DNA of 64,000 nt, taken from positions 121,148,001-121,212,000 of the forward strand of contig JAGIQG010000003.1 in NCBI GenBank assembly GCA_024679065.1, read 5' to 3'. This document shows, piece by piece, positions 26,401 through 41,400 of the stretch (its first letter is position 1; each line of letters opens with the position of its first letter). The stretch is from Sphyrna mokarran (taxonomy: Eukaryota). The translations under genes were made by a program, and so were the position numbers. A model generated the notes under the pieces. The model had not been told where the DNA came from. It saw only the letters and a list, made by a program, of their open reading frames with translations, and made no database searches.

Positions 26401-29400
26401 TGCAAACATATGCAATGAATAGTCCAAATTTTTATTTCACTTAATTTATAACTATGAAATGAAACATAAAGCATTTAAAAAAATACGAGCAGCACTTTGC
26501 TTCAGTGCAGTTATGACAGAAAGACAATTGACCATGGATACTGATTGTATTTGTTTACTGATGCACCATTTAAAAAAAATACACAAGTTCAGAATGATGC
26601 AAAAAAAAAAAATGCAGCTTCTGAGTAACAGGCCACTGGGTTTGCTAATACAGTAATTTAATAAAGTACACTTTACATTGTAAACAATCCATTCCATGGG
26701 TTCACATCCAATTCATTTTGTGCACAACGGCAAATTTTAACTTCAATTAATATAATGCACATTAATGTTTATGTCACACATAACCAATCAATCATTTTAA
26801 ACATGGTGAAAACTATCACGAAGATCCATTTGCTGCAACTGTTCCGTAAACTTCAAATGACAAGTCTTTTGAATGAGTAAACTTATAGGAACAAGTTGCA
26901 TAAATAATTTGCCAGAATGGTTCCAGGGATGAGGGACTTCAGTTACGTAGCTATATTGGAAAATCTGGGATTGTTTTCCTTTCAAGAAAAAGTAATGAGG
27001 GGGTTTGATAAAGGTGTTCAAAAATCATGAGGGTCCTGACAAGAGCAGAAAGAAAGAAGAGAATACATAGTGACATGAGGAAAAACCTACAGCGTGTGGC
27101 CAGGACCTGGAATGCACTCCAAGGAGGCAGATTCTATTGTGGGTTGAAAAAGGAAATTGAATTTGGATCCAAAGCAAGGGCAACAGCGAACAGCTGGAAT
27201 AGTGGGACAGCTAAATTACTCTTCCAGAGAGCCAGCACAGACTTGATAGGTTGAATAGCCTTCTCCTGTGATGTGACCATTCTATGAAATCATTTGGATT
27301 ATCTGCAAGTATGTGTACCAAAAAAATCTTAACAGGGAATATCAGCCCAGAACTGCCATTTAAATTATCCCAAGCCAGGAGTGTTGAAATGAAAACAAAG
27401 TGTTGGAAAATCTCAGCAGATCTGGCTGGCATCATTTATGGAGAAACCCAAGAGTCTTGACTTTGCTAGGATTTAAGCTTGTATAATGTAGAAATATTAT
27501 AACAGAGCAGAAACAGATCCATGTTCTCCACAAACCCATATCTTCCTATTTGGCATTGTAGACTTCTAACTTAAGAAGTCACTACAGTATACCTTATTTT
27601 ACAATATTCCATATAGACAATTTTTGCTTTTAAATTATTTTTCACATTTTTCTGTTCTGTTGTTCAGCTTCTTCATACAACACACAGACAGATGGAAGGC
27701 AATGAGTTTATTATGAAGCCTCTTAATAAATTCAGTCTTGTCAAGATTACGTCCATGGAAATATCAATATCACTTGGAGAAACTCGATAAGCATTCCTAG
27801 GATTCATTTTTGCAACCCAGATCTAAACTAAAGTCCAAAGCGGACATCTCCATATCGTAAACTAAACCTACCAGATCTGCCCAAATGTGAGAGACAATAT
27901 CCTTCTTTTATGACTGTAAAAATTCTGTCAAAGAAGCTTGCCTCAGGAATACAAAACAAGAAAAAAGTTCTTAAATGAGAACTTTATCATTACTAGAAAA
28001 ACTGTATAGTGATAGCAATCTGCATCATACTTTAGATTTCCATACATTTGTTGCATCTAGTTCACTAGCAAAGCTTTGATGTTTTATACATAAATTAGAT
28101 TATACTAATTTGTGGTACATCAAGTTTATTAAAATTCAACTTTGAATATAGCCATATATGTTATCTTTCTCCCACCAAAAAAATGAAAGAAGAGTCCTCC
28201 ATTAGAAACTACCTCTATATCAGAACTCAATTAGGGACTCCATCATACCAGTTTCTCACATTTTCCTCCAAGTGCTCTAGGTTATCTTTTTAACCTACTT
28301 ATTTTCCCTAAAAACTATAAATAAATTAATCCCCTGCTAAATTTTACTGAGCATCAATGGATTATTCCTAAAGTCTGCATTTCAGCTTCCAAAAAAGGCA
28401 TAATGTTTCACACAGCAAATACCATGTGTGCACCCAATGACAGCAGCCTTTCACATTATTCATCCTGGCATCACCAACCCATTACAATTTTCCACCTTTG
28501 CAACAATTCTTTGTGTGGAAAAAATTAAATACAAAATAATAGAAGTTATATTCTGGACTCACCCACAAATGGAAACATCTTCCCTCTGCTTATTCCACCA
28601 AATTCTTTTATAACCATGAAAATCTTTATCAGTTCACACTCAGTTCTCTCTTTTCCACAAAGAAAAAGCCCAGCCTGATCAGTCTTTCATGAAGGATGTA
28701 GTCACTCAGCTGATTACACAGCTGGTTCATGATGCAGTGTGATGTCAACAGTGTGGGTTCAATTCCTGTACCAGTTGAAGATATTCATTAAGGCCCATCT
28801 TCTCAATCTTGCCCCTCACCTGAGGTGTAATTTTCAGGTTAAAATTACTACCAATCAGCTCTGGTCGCCTGGAACTACGGCAACTTTAACTTTTAAGTCT
28901 CTCAATTCTGGTATCATCCTAGTAAATCTTTATTGCACCTTCTCCAGTTTGTCTGGATTCCTTTTATAACAGAACCAAACTGTCCACAATACTCCCAGGT
29001 TCAATTTAACTAACCTAATTTTTCTGCTTTTCAATTCACTTTTTAAGTGATCTTAATCTATGTTGTTACTTTTTAATGAGTTGTCTATCCAAAATCCCCC
29101 AGTGATTTGTTTCTCGATCTCTCTCTCTCTCTGTCACACACACACACAAAACTTTCAACAAGTATGTGGTCTTCTTATTTATCTTTTATCTTTAATAAGT
29201 ATATGGTCTATCTTCTTTAGACAAAACAATGTAGCTTGTTTGCCAATTACACACCTTTTCAAGTTTGTTAATACCTTCCTGTAGTTTGTCTCAGTCCTTT
29301 TCGATATTAAATACACACCTCAATTTGATGCCATCTGCAAATTTGAAACTGTACATCTGATGTGGGAGTCCAAATTGTTTATATAGATAGTGAACAACAC

Positions 29401-32400
29401 TGGACCTAGCACCCATCTTTGGTTTACACCACTCTCCACAATCTAACAAAATACTTTTAACCCCAACCTTCTGTTTTCTGTGTTACATTCAGCTTGCTAG
29501 CTGTTCTGGCTCCAACCCTCTGCCTTCACATGATCTGGCTTTAAAGGAAGTTGGGAAATGAAAAAGGCATTGAAGGCAGCAGATTACAGAAACAGTCAAA
29601 TTTTGAGATAACAAAATCATAGCTGAAGATTTCAGCAACCAAGGTACACAGGAAATGCAGAATAGACAATAATAAAAAGTAAAAATAAAATGGTGCAGAA
29701 GTTGAGAATATAAGTGTTGGGTGAGAATAATTGTTTAATATTTAAGGCACATGAAATGTCAAACTAGCAGGTATTCATCTGTCACATCTGTGTATATGTC
29801 TTATCAATAAATTTCTGTATGACACCTGGACTCTATTTCTAATCACAAAATTTTAGGCAGAGTATCAAATCATGGATGACAAGCTGAACATAAAGTGAGG
29901 AAAAACTGAGAAAACTAATACTGAAGAATTAGGAAATTATAACATAAAGCCAAGAGCAAGCAACAAAATTTAAAAAAGGAATGAGAGCAAATGAAATAAT
30001 TTTAAATATCTTTTGAAATTTCATTTTGATTTCTCCACTCAATTAATGACAAACCATACATACTCCTGTAAAGTTGTTTTAAGATCGAATTTTTAGACAA
30101 AAGCCTAAAAAACTTAAATGAGATTCACACCATTCTCTGGTGGGATTACTGACTGATCTGTACACAAATAATAATTTTGATGAGTTCAAATTATTCATGT
30201 TTTGAGCTTTAGAAAGCAAGAGAGTGAGAGAGAGGGTGAGACATAGCCTGCAAGAGTGGTGGTGAGCCAAGTGTTAAATAGAAAAAGTTAGGATTTGTTG
30301 TTGAAGAATTTGAATTTGTTGGCCAAAAGATTGATCATTATTCAAGTACACACAGCACAACTGAAAATGAATTTTACAACAAAGGTAAATACAACATTTA
30401 CAAAACGTTTAATCTGTCCAAACTAAAATTTACAGCAGTAAAATCTCTGGTGTGTTGAGCAAATTCTCATTACTTTTGAAGTGAAATATTTAGAACAATT
30501 TGAAGTAAAACAGTTTGTGTTATTCTCTCTAGGCATACCTTGAGGCATGGCATCCACCAGCTGTAAATTGACATATTTGCAGAGCAGAGTATCAGTCTTC
30601 CTAACAGCTTCTGCTGGCGCAACTCCAGACGTCACATACAGAGTCTTTCCATTCAGACTCAGCAGGTCAGTTTCATTCGTCAGCTCTGGAAGAGACCAAC
30701 ACAGTCAGTCAACCTGCATGCACTTACACGCGTCTTCATTTGAAAAATAGCATCCTTTCTTTCCCATTCTGCAGTTCATTCCAATGCAGCTGATCAGTGA
30801 CATTTCAGCATGGAGTTAAAGGGATGACTTGTCAATTGAGGTACAAATTGTCAACAATTTAAGAAACATGCAGTAGTGGGGAAACTGGAATTAAAGTATT
30901 AGTTTCCAGCAGACTGTCTATGAATTATTCTCATCCAAAAACAAAAGTTACACTGAACACTTAAAAAAAGCCACTTATTATTTCCAATCATGACTATTAC
31001 TCATGTTTTTATCCTGACTGCAAATTGAAATTATAACTTAGATTTTTGAAAAAGAAGAAATTTGCGACATTAAATCTAAACAAGTGAGATGGGGGAATAA
31101 AGTAAAAAAAGAAAACACATTTGTAAAACAAAGACCTCAAATTTTGTGGGAAACACCTTTAACCATGTCAATCAATTATGTTATTCCCTGCACTATACAT
31201 TATTGTCTATGCAAAAGTCTAAATAGATAACTATACCAGCTAGAATCGTCAGCTAGGAAAATCATGGATGCAGACCACAATAACCTGATATCTGTGACAT
31301 GTTCTTTGGAAAAAAGTACTTTCCTTCAATGAGTAAGCACAACTGAGAGCTCAAGTGAGACATGCTATAAACCCATGCCACAAAACTCTCTCTCAGTTTG
31401 TTATAATACTAATTTAGTGCTTACCTGAGCAGTAGTAAATACTCACAAACATTGCAAATCTACGGTGATGATCATAGGGTTGGGAAGTCTTTACAATAAA
31501 ATCCCTACAGTGCAGAAAGAGGCTATTCGGCCCTTCGAATCTGCACCATCACAATCCCACCCACGCCAGATTCCCATAATCATATTTACCCTACTAATCC
31601 CCTCACACTTGGGTCAATTTAGCATGGCCAATCAACCTAATCTGCACATCTTTGGACTGTGGGAAGAAACTGGAGCACCCGGAGGAAACCCATGTGCACA
31701 CAGGCAGAACATGAAGACCCCACACAGACAATGGCTTGGGGCTGGAATTGAACACGGGTCCTGGTTGTGTGAGGCAGCAGTGCTAACAACTGTGACACTC
31801 TGCCAGATTTGATGAACTGAATGGCCTCCTATATAGTAAAGATTCTATGATTTGCAAGTATACAGAATTTCCTTCTTGTTCTCCATAGAAATTGACACTC
31901 TTAAAATAAACTGAACTTTCAGTGAATGATGGGAAGGAAGATGATAGATAAGATTTTCAAGACTTTTGCTGTAACAAACTAAGAACAACATTGATTAAAT
32001 ACTATTTCAGTAGACAAATCATACTGTAAGCTGCAGAAAATATTTTTAATCAGCAAATGAATCAAGGAGTATGCAGATAAGGTAGGAAACTTGAGTTGTG
32101 TATTCACCCAAGATCACCCATGATCTCATTAAATGGTAGGGAAACTTGATGGGCTGAATGCTCTACTTCTGCTTCTGCTCCTATGTCTTATGATCTAAAG
32201 AACTCCCATTTAATTTTTACAATGTCCAAAAATCCCCCGTCAAGGTTAGACTTCGCTGTCCCTGAAGAAGATATTTCCGTGAACTAGTCCAAAGTTATTT
32301 TCAGCTCCTTTCTTTCAGCCAGATAATCTCCACTTTCACAATGAAGGTTGAAATTAAGATCCCTCCCTCTAGCCTAAGCTAAGCAAGTCTCCCAGCTTTC

Positions 32401-35400
32401 TTTAAACCTTTGAGAGTGTAGTCTCTTCAATCCAAGTAAAAGTTTTCATCCATATCCTACATGCTGTACAATAGATATTTATTGCTTCTATCTCTCTGGG
32501 TTTTCTCTCTGATTCTTGCGTACTGACACTGTATGTGAAATCCATGAATCACATGTGACTTATATCCATATAGAATTGGTAACTAGCAAGTTTGGCTGAG
32601 ACCAGTAACTTTTTATTAAAAAAAAAATCAGGAATCTGAGTTATTTACCAAAGGAATGAAGCCAGATGAATCCATGTTTAATTTTTTTTAAACTATACAA
32701 GAGTGAAACAAAGCAAATACTGTAAAAATCTTCTCACATCAGAACAAATATCAAGTTAAAAATGAATTGTCAGATAAATTGCAGTCAACTATATATAAAA
32801 CAGCAACATAAGCTACAACTAAGACAGATCTTATAAACTGGCTTGCCATTCCACTCAGCATTTAACATGCCAATTTCAGTCATAAATTCCTTCCAAACTA
32901 TTCTCCTCATGAAGAATTTCTGCTCTCCTTCTAGGATTTAGCCTGATTCCCAGTCATCAGCATCATGCAACCAACCTAAGTTCCATGAGCACAGTCTCAG
33001 TTGCCCTTTTCAATGAGGGTCAGTCTAAAAAAAAAAGCTTCAAAACAATGGGTTCCATGACATTATTCTTTAGACATCCAACTACATTTATCTTGGAATT
33101 AAATAGGATGTTTGAAGTATAAACATTGACCACACCAGACATTCCCATCTCATTGGAACTTGGAGACTAAAGTGCATTCACTATCAACACTGCTGCTCCA
33201 GTCATTGCTTATAGATATGAATATCTTGCATTTTCTTTACAATAAAACAAACCGAGTCTTCCTTTTGTGTTTTAATAACCAAAGTACCTGAGTTTCGCAT
33301 TAGCAGAATTCAGCGCAGGTTACGAAGCTCGCTTCATCCTCCATTTGACCTAAAGACAGAAGCCTGGATTCACCAATCTCATTTATACTGCCACTGCTGC
33401 CAGTGAATATGGGGAATTTGGCATTCATCCAAAACTCCATTCACTGCGAGAAGATTGGAGAATCCCAGTCATGCACAAGGTCAGAGAATTCCAGCCATAG
33501 TCCCAAAACTTTGGCTGTGATTTTCCACTCCCACTTGCCATGGGACCCAAATTGACTGTCAGCTGAATCATCAACTTTCCCATTCTGCCCATGACAATGC
33601 CTACTTTGGGTGGGATTGTAAAATCCCAGTTTTCATCTTTCTAACCTTCAGCAAATCATGTTAAATACAGGAAATTGACTTCTGGAGAAAGATAAAAATA
33701 TTGGAAAACTGAGTTGCCCTCACATTAATATATTCATCACTGAAGGAATCTGGCAACACTAGCCTGAGGATGTGGAGATAGATCATAAAAACATCAGACA
33801 AGTGAATAAAGAGAGCTATCAAAGACAGTTAGTAAGGATTTATTAGTCCCTTAAAGACACAAAGTTCACAATACAAGGATTTTAAAATACAAACTTAAAA
33901 ACACATCACCAGGTTTTAACAAACAAAAAAAGGGATTTCTCTGCAAAAAATTAACCTATACAGTTGGAAATAATTTGATTTCATCTAACTTCACTGAAGC
34001 ATTTTTTCATTAGACACTCAATATTTGGAATACTTTCATTGGAAAGCTTTCAAAAATGATGGAATGCCCTCCACTTGCCTGGATAAATGCAGCTCCAACA
34101 AAACTTAAGAAAGTTGACACCATCACTTGACTGGCACTCCATCCACCACCTTCAACATTCACTCCCTCCATCACCAGCATACTGTCAGCATTGTGTACCA
34201 GAGCAACTCACCAAACTTTCCTTCAACGGCACTGTCCAAATCCATGATCTCTACCATCTGAAGGGACAAGGGCAGCAGATGCATGGGGACAAGATTACCT
34301 GCGCGCCCTCCCCACCTTGACCCCACCCTCCCCCACCTCTTTCTGAACAGCACTGTGGGTGCTCCTATAACACATGGATTGCAACAGTCCAAGGCAGCAC
34401 ACCACTACCTTCTCAAACACAATTAAGGATCGGCAATAAATACTGGTCTAGCCAGCAATACCCACATAGAATGAATACATAAAAAAGAAAATTCTTTTGG
34501 CTTCTACACTACAACACACAAAGACGATGGGTGGTTCAACCAGACAGAGTGGCATTATCCTCCACACAAACAAAAGGCCCAATTTATTTGCCTGACTTGT
34601 TTGCTCCAAATGAATCAATCAGAATGATGGATGCTGATTCTTAATTAATTCAAACTGCCTGTTTGCCTTTTTCCATTGTGTTCCCTGGTCTCTCTCTTCC
34701 TTTGTTCAGGTGGTAAGAAATTAAAATACCTGCCTTGTCGGCATAAGTGATTAGCACTGATCTTTATCTCATTCACATTTGGGAGCAAATAATGGAATAA
34801 AAACAGCAAATACTAGAAACGCTCAGATGATCTACTGAATACTTCCATTACTTGACTTCAGATTTCCAGCAGCTGCAGTACTTTGCTTATAATTAGTTTG
34901 CTTCAATATTCTCTCTCTCAGTAATAGCTCATTGTAAGGCCTCAATTAGCATCAAACTGGGAAGGTCATCAATGAGTCTTTCTGCCTCCGATTTTCTTGG
35001 GCAAAGGTGGGAAAGTGATAGTGTCCCAAACCTTGTCCTTGGGGGTGCTTTAAATTTTGTCCAAAAAGGCTGCTATCAATAATACTGGAAGCCACGAAAC
35101 TTAACTTGCATGTCATGGAAGTACAACAAATTAGTATACCTTCAAATTATACTGAAGATATAAAAATAGAATACCATAAACGATGATTAATTTTTCACAG
35201 TGGAAGTTGTGTCAAAGGGGTTTACATTTCAATTGCAGTAATGGACACAAACATTTAAGAATATTTCAATGAAGTTATCAAAAAGTTATGTGTTGGTAGA
35301 TATTTAAAACATGAATGCAAACCTTACTTTTAGGTCAGCTTGTTATAGGGCCTTATTATAGAATGGCCACAACAAATGAAAGCTTGATACAGTATGTCAA

Positions 35401-38400
35401 GGAAACAATAAATAATGTTCTCATCTTTCTACTTAAATTCAAATTTTAATCATACCCATCTGCAAAGCTACACATCTATGTGGGTACATTTGTTGTCTCT
35501 TTTTCATACGCCTTGTAACAAATGTGACTAAGGACAGAGAGCAAATGTAAAAACTAGTAAAGGTGTGCACAAAAACAGAGAAATGGATTCAAATGCTTCA
35601 ATTATAGAGAGATGTTATATAATGTTGACCACACTCCCATTTTCTGCAAAATTTCTCCTGCAGTAATCCCTTAAATTTGCTACTGCAGTAAGATAGCAAA
35701 GTTTTACCATTATTGCACCCAAACAGGAAATGGGTTTCTGAGACTGATTGGAAGTGTAACCATGCTCAGCAGTGTAAATAATAGTATTCCAGCACCTCTT
35801 TCTGACACAGAAAAGCTGGTAGGCAACAATTATTTTGAACAGTGAAAGGATATGTACTTGTATATCTCATAGAGGGTTGTTGCTAAAAAGGACATCAATA
35901 ATGTGGCCAAAATAACTAAGTGAATCACAAGAAACATAAGAAATAGGAGCAGGAATAGGCCATATAGCCATTCCAGCCTGCCTCACCATTCAATAAGATC
36001 ATGGCTGATCTGAAGTGAATCAGTTCCATTTTCCCGCTTTCTCCCCATAACCCTTAATTCCCTTGTCTATCAGAAATCTATCTACCCATGACTTAAATAT
36101 ATTCAACAAGATAGCCACCACACTTCAATGGGCAGAGAATTCCAGAGATTCACCATCCTTTGAGTGAAGAAGTTCCTCCTCAACTCTGTCCTAAACTGCC
36201 CCTCCCCTTATTTTGAGGCTGTGCCCTCTAGTTCTGCTATCCTTCTAAGCAGGAAGAATCTCTCTACCTCTACCCTATCTAACCCCTTCATTATGCTGTA
36301 AGAATCACAATAGTAAGAGATTTTATGAATGCATAACATTTCTTACTGATATCATTGAAGAATATCATAAGTGTTGCACAGATAAAACCCTGGCACTGCC
36401 TATCCCCAGGGAATTGATGCAAATTCATGTAGTGCTGCCTGAAGCGACATTGCCCATATATTTTGATTGTTTTATGCTTTCCTTCCTACTAGAATTCCAC
36501 TACCAGAAACTGAGATTAATACAAATTGACATCTCCATTTAGTCACAAGACAAACTACTTTTTATTCAAGTCAAGGACATCACAGCAATTCTTGGGATCC
36601 TCAATTTTGATATTCCAACTATTATTAAACTTTCTACTTCACACAATAGATAGGTTTGTGGATTGGTAGATGTGATCGGCGCAACTCGTGGGCCGAAGGG
36701 CCTGTTTGTGCTGTATTGTTCTATGTTCCTCTAGTTCTGATGAATTTCTGAAATTCACCTCTTGATGTAAGCACAATTATCTTCAAAGCAATGAGACAGA
36801 GTTTAGGATTGAGAGAGAATCTGGTGAACAGGCACAATAACAATAATCTCTCCATCAATGTCAACAAAACGAAGGAGATTGTCACCGACTTCAAGAAGCA
36901 TAAAGGAGAACATCAACAGGGATGAAGTAGAAAGGTCAAGAGCTTCAAGTTTTTAGGTGTCCAAATCACCAATAACCTACCTGTTCCCCCCATGCCAACA
37001 CTATAGTTAAGAAAACCCACCAACGCTTCTTTCTCAGACGCCTCAGGAAATTTGGCATGTCAGCTATGACTTTCATCAATCTTTTACAGATACAACCCAG
37101 AAAGAATGCTTTTTATGATGCATCTTAGCTTCGTATGACTCCTGCTTTGTCCAAGACCGCAATGAACTACAAAATGTTGAGAATGTGGTCCAATCCATCA
37201 CACAAACCAGCCTCCCATCCACTGAGTCTGTCTACACTTCCTGCTGCCTTGGCAAAATAGCATGTACTATTGAGGACCCCATGCATCCCAGACATTCTCT
37301 TTTTCACCTTCTTCCATCGGGAAAAAGATACAAAAGTCTGAGTTCACATATCAACCGACTCAAGAACAGCTTCTTCCCTGCTGCTGTCAGACTTTTGAAT
37401 GGACTTACCTTGCATTAAGTTGATTTTTCTCTACACTCTAGCTATGACTGTAACGCTACATTCTGCACTCCTCATTTCCTTCTCTATGAACTATATGCCT
37501 TGTCTGTACAACGCGCAAGAAACAATACTCTTCACTATATGTTAATACATGTGACAATAATAAATCAAATCAGAGCAAAGCATGGGCAGCCTTTGCATAT
37601 TGTGGAAACAAGACTACAATATAAAGATCAAAGTAAGTTGACTACCCAGTGAAACTTAAATCATTGCACCTCGATTAAGGCACAGTTTTGTGATAGTTAA
37701 TCTTGTATCGCAAATAACCTGCCAGTGACAGAAACAAACAAATCAAAGGATCAAGTCAAACATGGATTCACAGCTATAAATCACTGGAGAGCAAAATCCG
37801 ATTCTTAAGGGGGCCTTGTGGCTATTGGAAAGACTGACTCTGCCTACCAATTTCTGAAAGTTGATACAGAGGATACTCAATTGGAAACAAGTGATTCTGC
37901 AGGTCTGTGAAACAAGTTCATTGGGTACATTGTGAAAATTTTGATGTTGTTGTTTAGCTGTCCCTATTTTAAACTTATACACTATGGGCCTGATTTTACT
38001 ATTGCATTGCACCAGTTTACGGATGCGAGAACATATTAAGGTTGGTGTGAGGCAAGTAGTGTAATCTGCATCCATCTCCATCCTGTCTCCCCCTTTACAA
38101 GGCCCAAAAATGGCCACGATGATAACTGCCCCCGAAACTGGCGTGACAACCAAATGTATTTGCATATATTTAAATTAACTTGATGACCTGCATGCCCATC
38201 TTTACTGGCACTTCCCCCTTTACCACCGTATTTGCCCATCCAGAATCGACGCAAAACAGACATGCTCCATAGAAGTCCAATTCAGTTGCTCCAGTTAATG
38301 AGGAAGTAAGTGAGGAAGGGAGGGGGGAAGAATTAGTCTGGGTGGTGGGGAATAAGTGGGTCAGTAATGTTGTGGGGGTGAGGCAATTTCTGTGGGGGCC

Positions 38401-41400
38401 AAGGGGAGGCATTATCCAGCCCAGGAGGGTGTGGCAGGGGAACAGCATTCTATCGTTTCTTCTCTGCACATGCACAGTTGAAGGTGCTGATCAGAGCTGA
38501 AGGGTTTGGGGCATGTTAAGCCCTGCCCATGGGCTTGTGCAATGCAATTCGGAATCACTGATATTTTTGCAGGCAGTGTGTGTGGGGGTAGCTGAGAATG
38601 AGTCTAAAAAGTTGGATCTGAAACACTCCCAGTAGAATCAAAATAGTAAAATTGGATTCTAACTGTTAATATTCTTAGATTGCCTTGACCCAAGTATTAC
38701 GTCTGTCTGATCAAATGAATCTTGTCCTACCATGAACGTCTAGACTCAAGAAGGCTTTTGTAATGAAGGCAACAAAAGAAAATCTGAAAATAATATTGGT
38801 TGGGATTCAACATGTATGATGGGGGTCTACCCCAATGATTGACCCATCGGAGCCCTGTGTCACTTTATAATGGAAGTGTGCACTATCACATCTCAAATCA
38901 GGCATTTCCTTGGAGAATGTCATCTCCTACAGTGAGCCTCCAGTAGGGTAGAAATCCTATCCCCAGGAGCTGCTAGCCAGAGGCTGGCAGTGCCACTGGA
39001 GCTCATGGTTGGTACTACAGTGGGCTATAACTTATGATTGCTGGTGAACCCCTGGAAAAAGGCAAGTGTGGGAGGATGAAATGCCTATTAATCAATAACA
39101 CTGAGTTTGTGTATATGAACTGCTATGACGTAATGCTGGCCACAAAATAAACAAAAATGGAAGCTATAAGAAAATGTTAATATACCTTTTATACTAATCT
39201 AAAAACTCATGAAGAGAAGCATCATGACTGGTTTCTTTCTTCTAATGTCAAATGATTTGCAATGATCTTGCAGTTTATTCGAAGTTCACCCATTCAAATA
39301 TACTACTGTTTTTTCTGGAAAATAATAGCTCAGATATTTAAACCAGAGATCTGGAAACATCTGCAAGTTTCAACATACTCTATGAATTCGGATAAAATCA
39401 TTAACTGCAACAGTAAACAGAAAGATAATGGCCCAAATCTTACTGTAGCAAGGCATCCAATAGTGTGCACTGTTAGACTTTTTCCTATGGTTTTTCATTC
39501 TGAAATATTATGGCCTGCAAATTGCTATGCAAACTGATAGCCAGAGGAAATGGGGCATCTGACACTTGAGAGAATGATAGGAACAATAAATCTATTTCTT
39601 TAATGTTATTGAAGAGTTGTGAAAGAAACAGAGGGACAGTGGAGAAGGAACATGAATTAGAATGGGTGAACTGATGGCATATCAGGTACAAAAAGATAAA
39701 TAAATGAGAGCAAAAGCAAAATTTGGTTGACAGAAGAAAAAGGCAGAAAAGAAAATAAAAATTTACTTTTTAAATGTCCAAGAAGAGTTGACTATATGCA
39801 AGAATAAGACTCTTCAGTTTAAATAGTTCCCCTTTCTGACCTCCAGGGATTGATTGGCATTACATTAATTATCACATTGTTATCAGACATTTGCCTATCA
39901 TGTACCAGATCTAACTTTTTGCGGCAAGTTGAAGTGGAGTTTAATAGCAAATTCAGCAGCTTCTTTACAATAACCGGCAAGTTGAAGATGAGCTGCCATT
40001 TATGCAAAGCAATTTGTGAAGTGCCATAAATCAATCAGCCATTCATAATTTAATCTGAGTCCATTGGCTGATTTATGTATAAAAAAAAAGCTATGTTGGG
40101 AAGACTTATTTTTCTAGCAAAGTTTCCTTAAGGGAAGTAGTGGGGAAATTACATAATATATAATTTCCAAAGCTACGTGCATATTTACCGTGTTTGTCAT
40201 GATAGATAGCCAGCTGTGTTGTCTGCAGCTTAAATATTTTGACAATCACATTTTTCAGCTTGACAAAGTCCAGAATGTTATCTCCCTTTGGATTCTCCAG
40301 TAGTATCACACCATCTGAAATGAACATCAAGATTATTTCAAGAATGAGAACTCTAAATGGTATTTCTCAGTTTTGATTATAACACCTCATTTCAGAACAA
40401 AGATTATTATCATTTTTGCACGTAGTATATTTTGTACTGGATCTCATTCTGCATTAGTTGGAAATATTACCAGGGCTATTTATCCAAATCAGCAACATTT
40501 TCTGGACAGTTATTCAGGCTATACTGGACCACTTGCAGATATAACTAAAATAATCCTTCCTCTTTAAAATAGATTGTCATATTGACTCAATTCTTTTCAG
40601 GTTCTGACAGTTGCATAAATCCAAATAAAATCATCTACATATCCAACTTTAGAGAATTCCACTGAGAAGTTGTGTTTTGTAATGCTGATACTCCGTGATG
40701 AATCCACATACTAGCCCCAAGTGGACTTATCCTATTTATTTAAGCTGACACAATTTAGTTGCAGTCTGGCAAGGGTCAAAGTTTTCAGGATTTAAATACA
40801 CTCGTGGGTATTAAGTGACCAAATCTATGGACTGATGAGCTTCTCAGTCGTGTCTATCCATTACAGTACTGACTTGCAGAATTACCCCAAGTGCAGTTGG
40901 AAGAATCCCAGCATCCACTGTCAGGTCCACTTCTTCAAGTGTAGTTAATTAAATCAAGCTGCCTGGTCAAAATCAACACTGCATTTAAATACCACGATCC
41001 TGCTTGGCTCAAGTATCAGACTATTGAGTTTGCTATCTCGAATCAACTCTATTCCAATCTTTCAAGTTCATTCAAACCAAAAGAGAGCTTACTTTTTTAA
41101 ATTCTTTCACAAGATGGGGTATTGCTTTTTATAGCCCACCCCTAATTGCCTTTGAAAAGGTGGTGATGAGCTGCTTTTATGAAGTACTACAGTCCATTGG
41201 TGGGATAAGTACATTCAAAGTGTTAGGGATAATTTTAACTCAGCTACTGTAAAGAAATGACAATACAGTCAGGATGGTGTGTGGCTTCCCATGCATCTGC
41301 TGCTCTTGTCCTTCTAGAGCCAAAGAATCCCTACAATGAAGAATGAGCTCATTTGGCTCATCAAGTTTGCACAACTCTTCGAAAGAGCATCTTACCCAAC

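Noticed and set aside
27870-27930. Possible cryptic minus-strand exon (ttctttgacag ... TG|gtaggt)
   Set aside because: 53 nt, not frame-preserving in a phase 1-1 intron, and no recognisable peptide. The IARS1 frame is complete without it.
33644-33745. C/D-box snoRNA-like pattern on the IARS1 strand (GTGATGA at 33740-33734, CTGA at 33651-33648, short cct/agg stem)
   Set aside because: Mid-intron position, no clear internal boxes, and no rRNA/snRNA complement that I recognise. Such box pairs arise by chance; snoscan or Rfam would settle it.
37743-38475. Long minus-strand ORFs (140 aa, 101 aa)
   Set aside because: They overlap a GC-rich non-autonomous transposon, show no domain motifs, and have no supporting splice structure.
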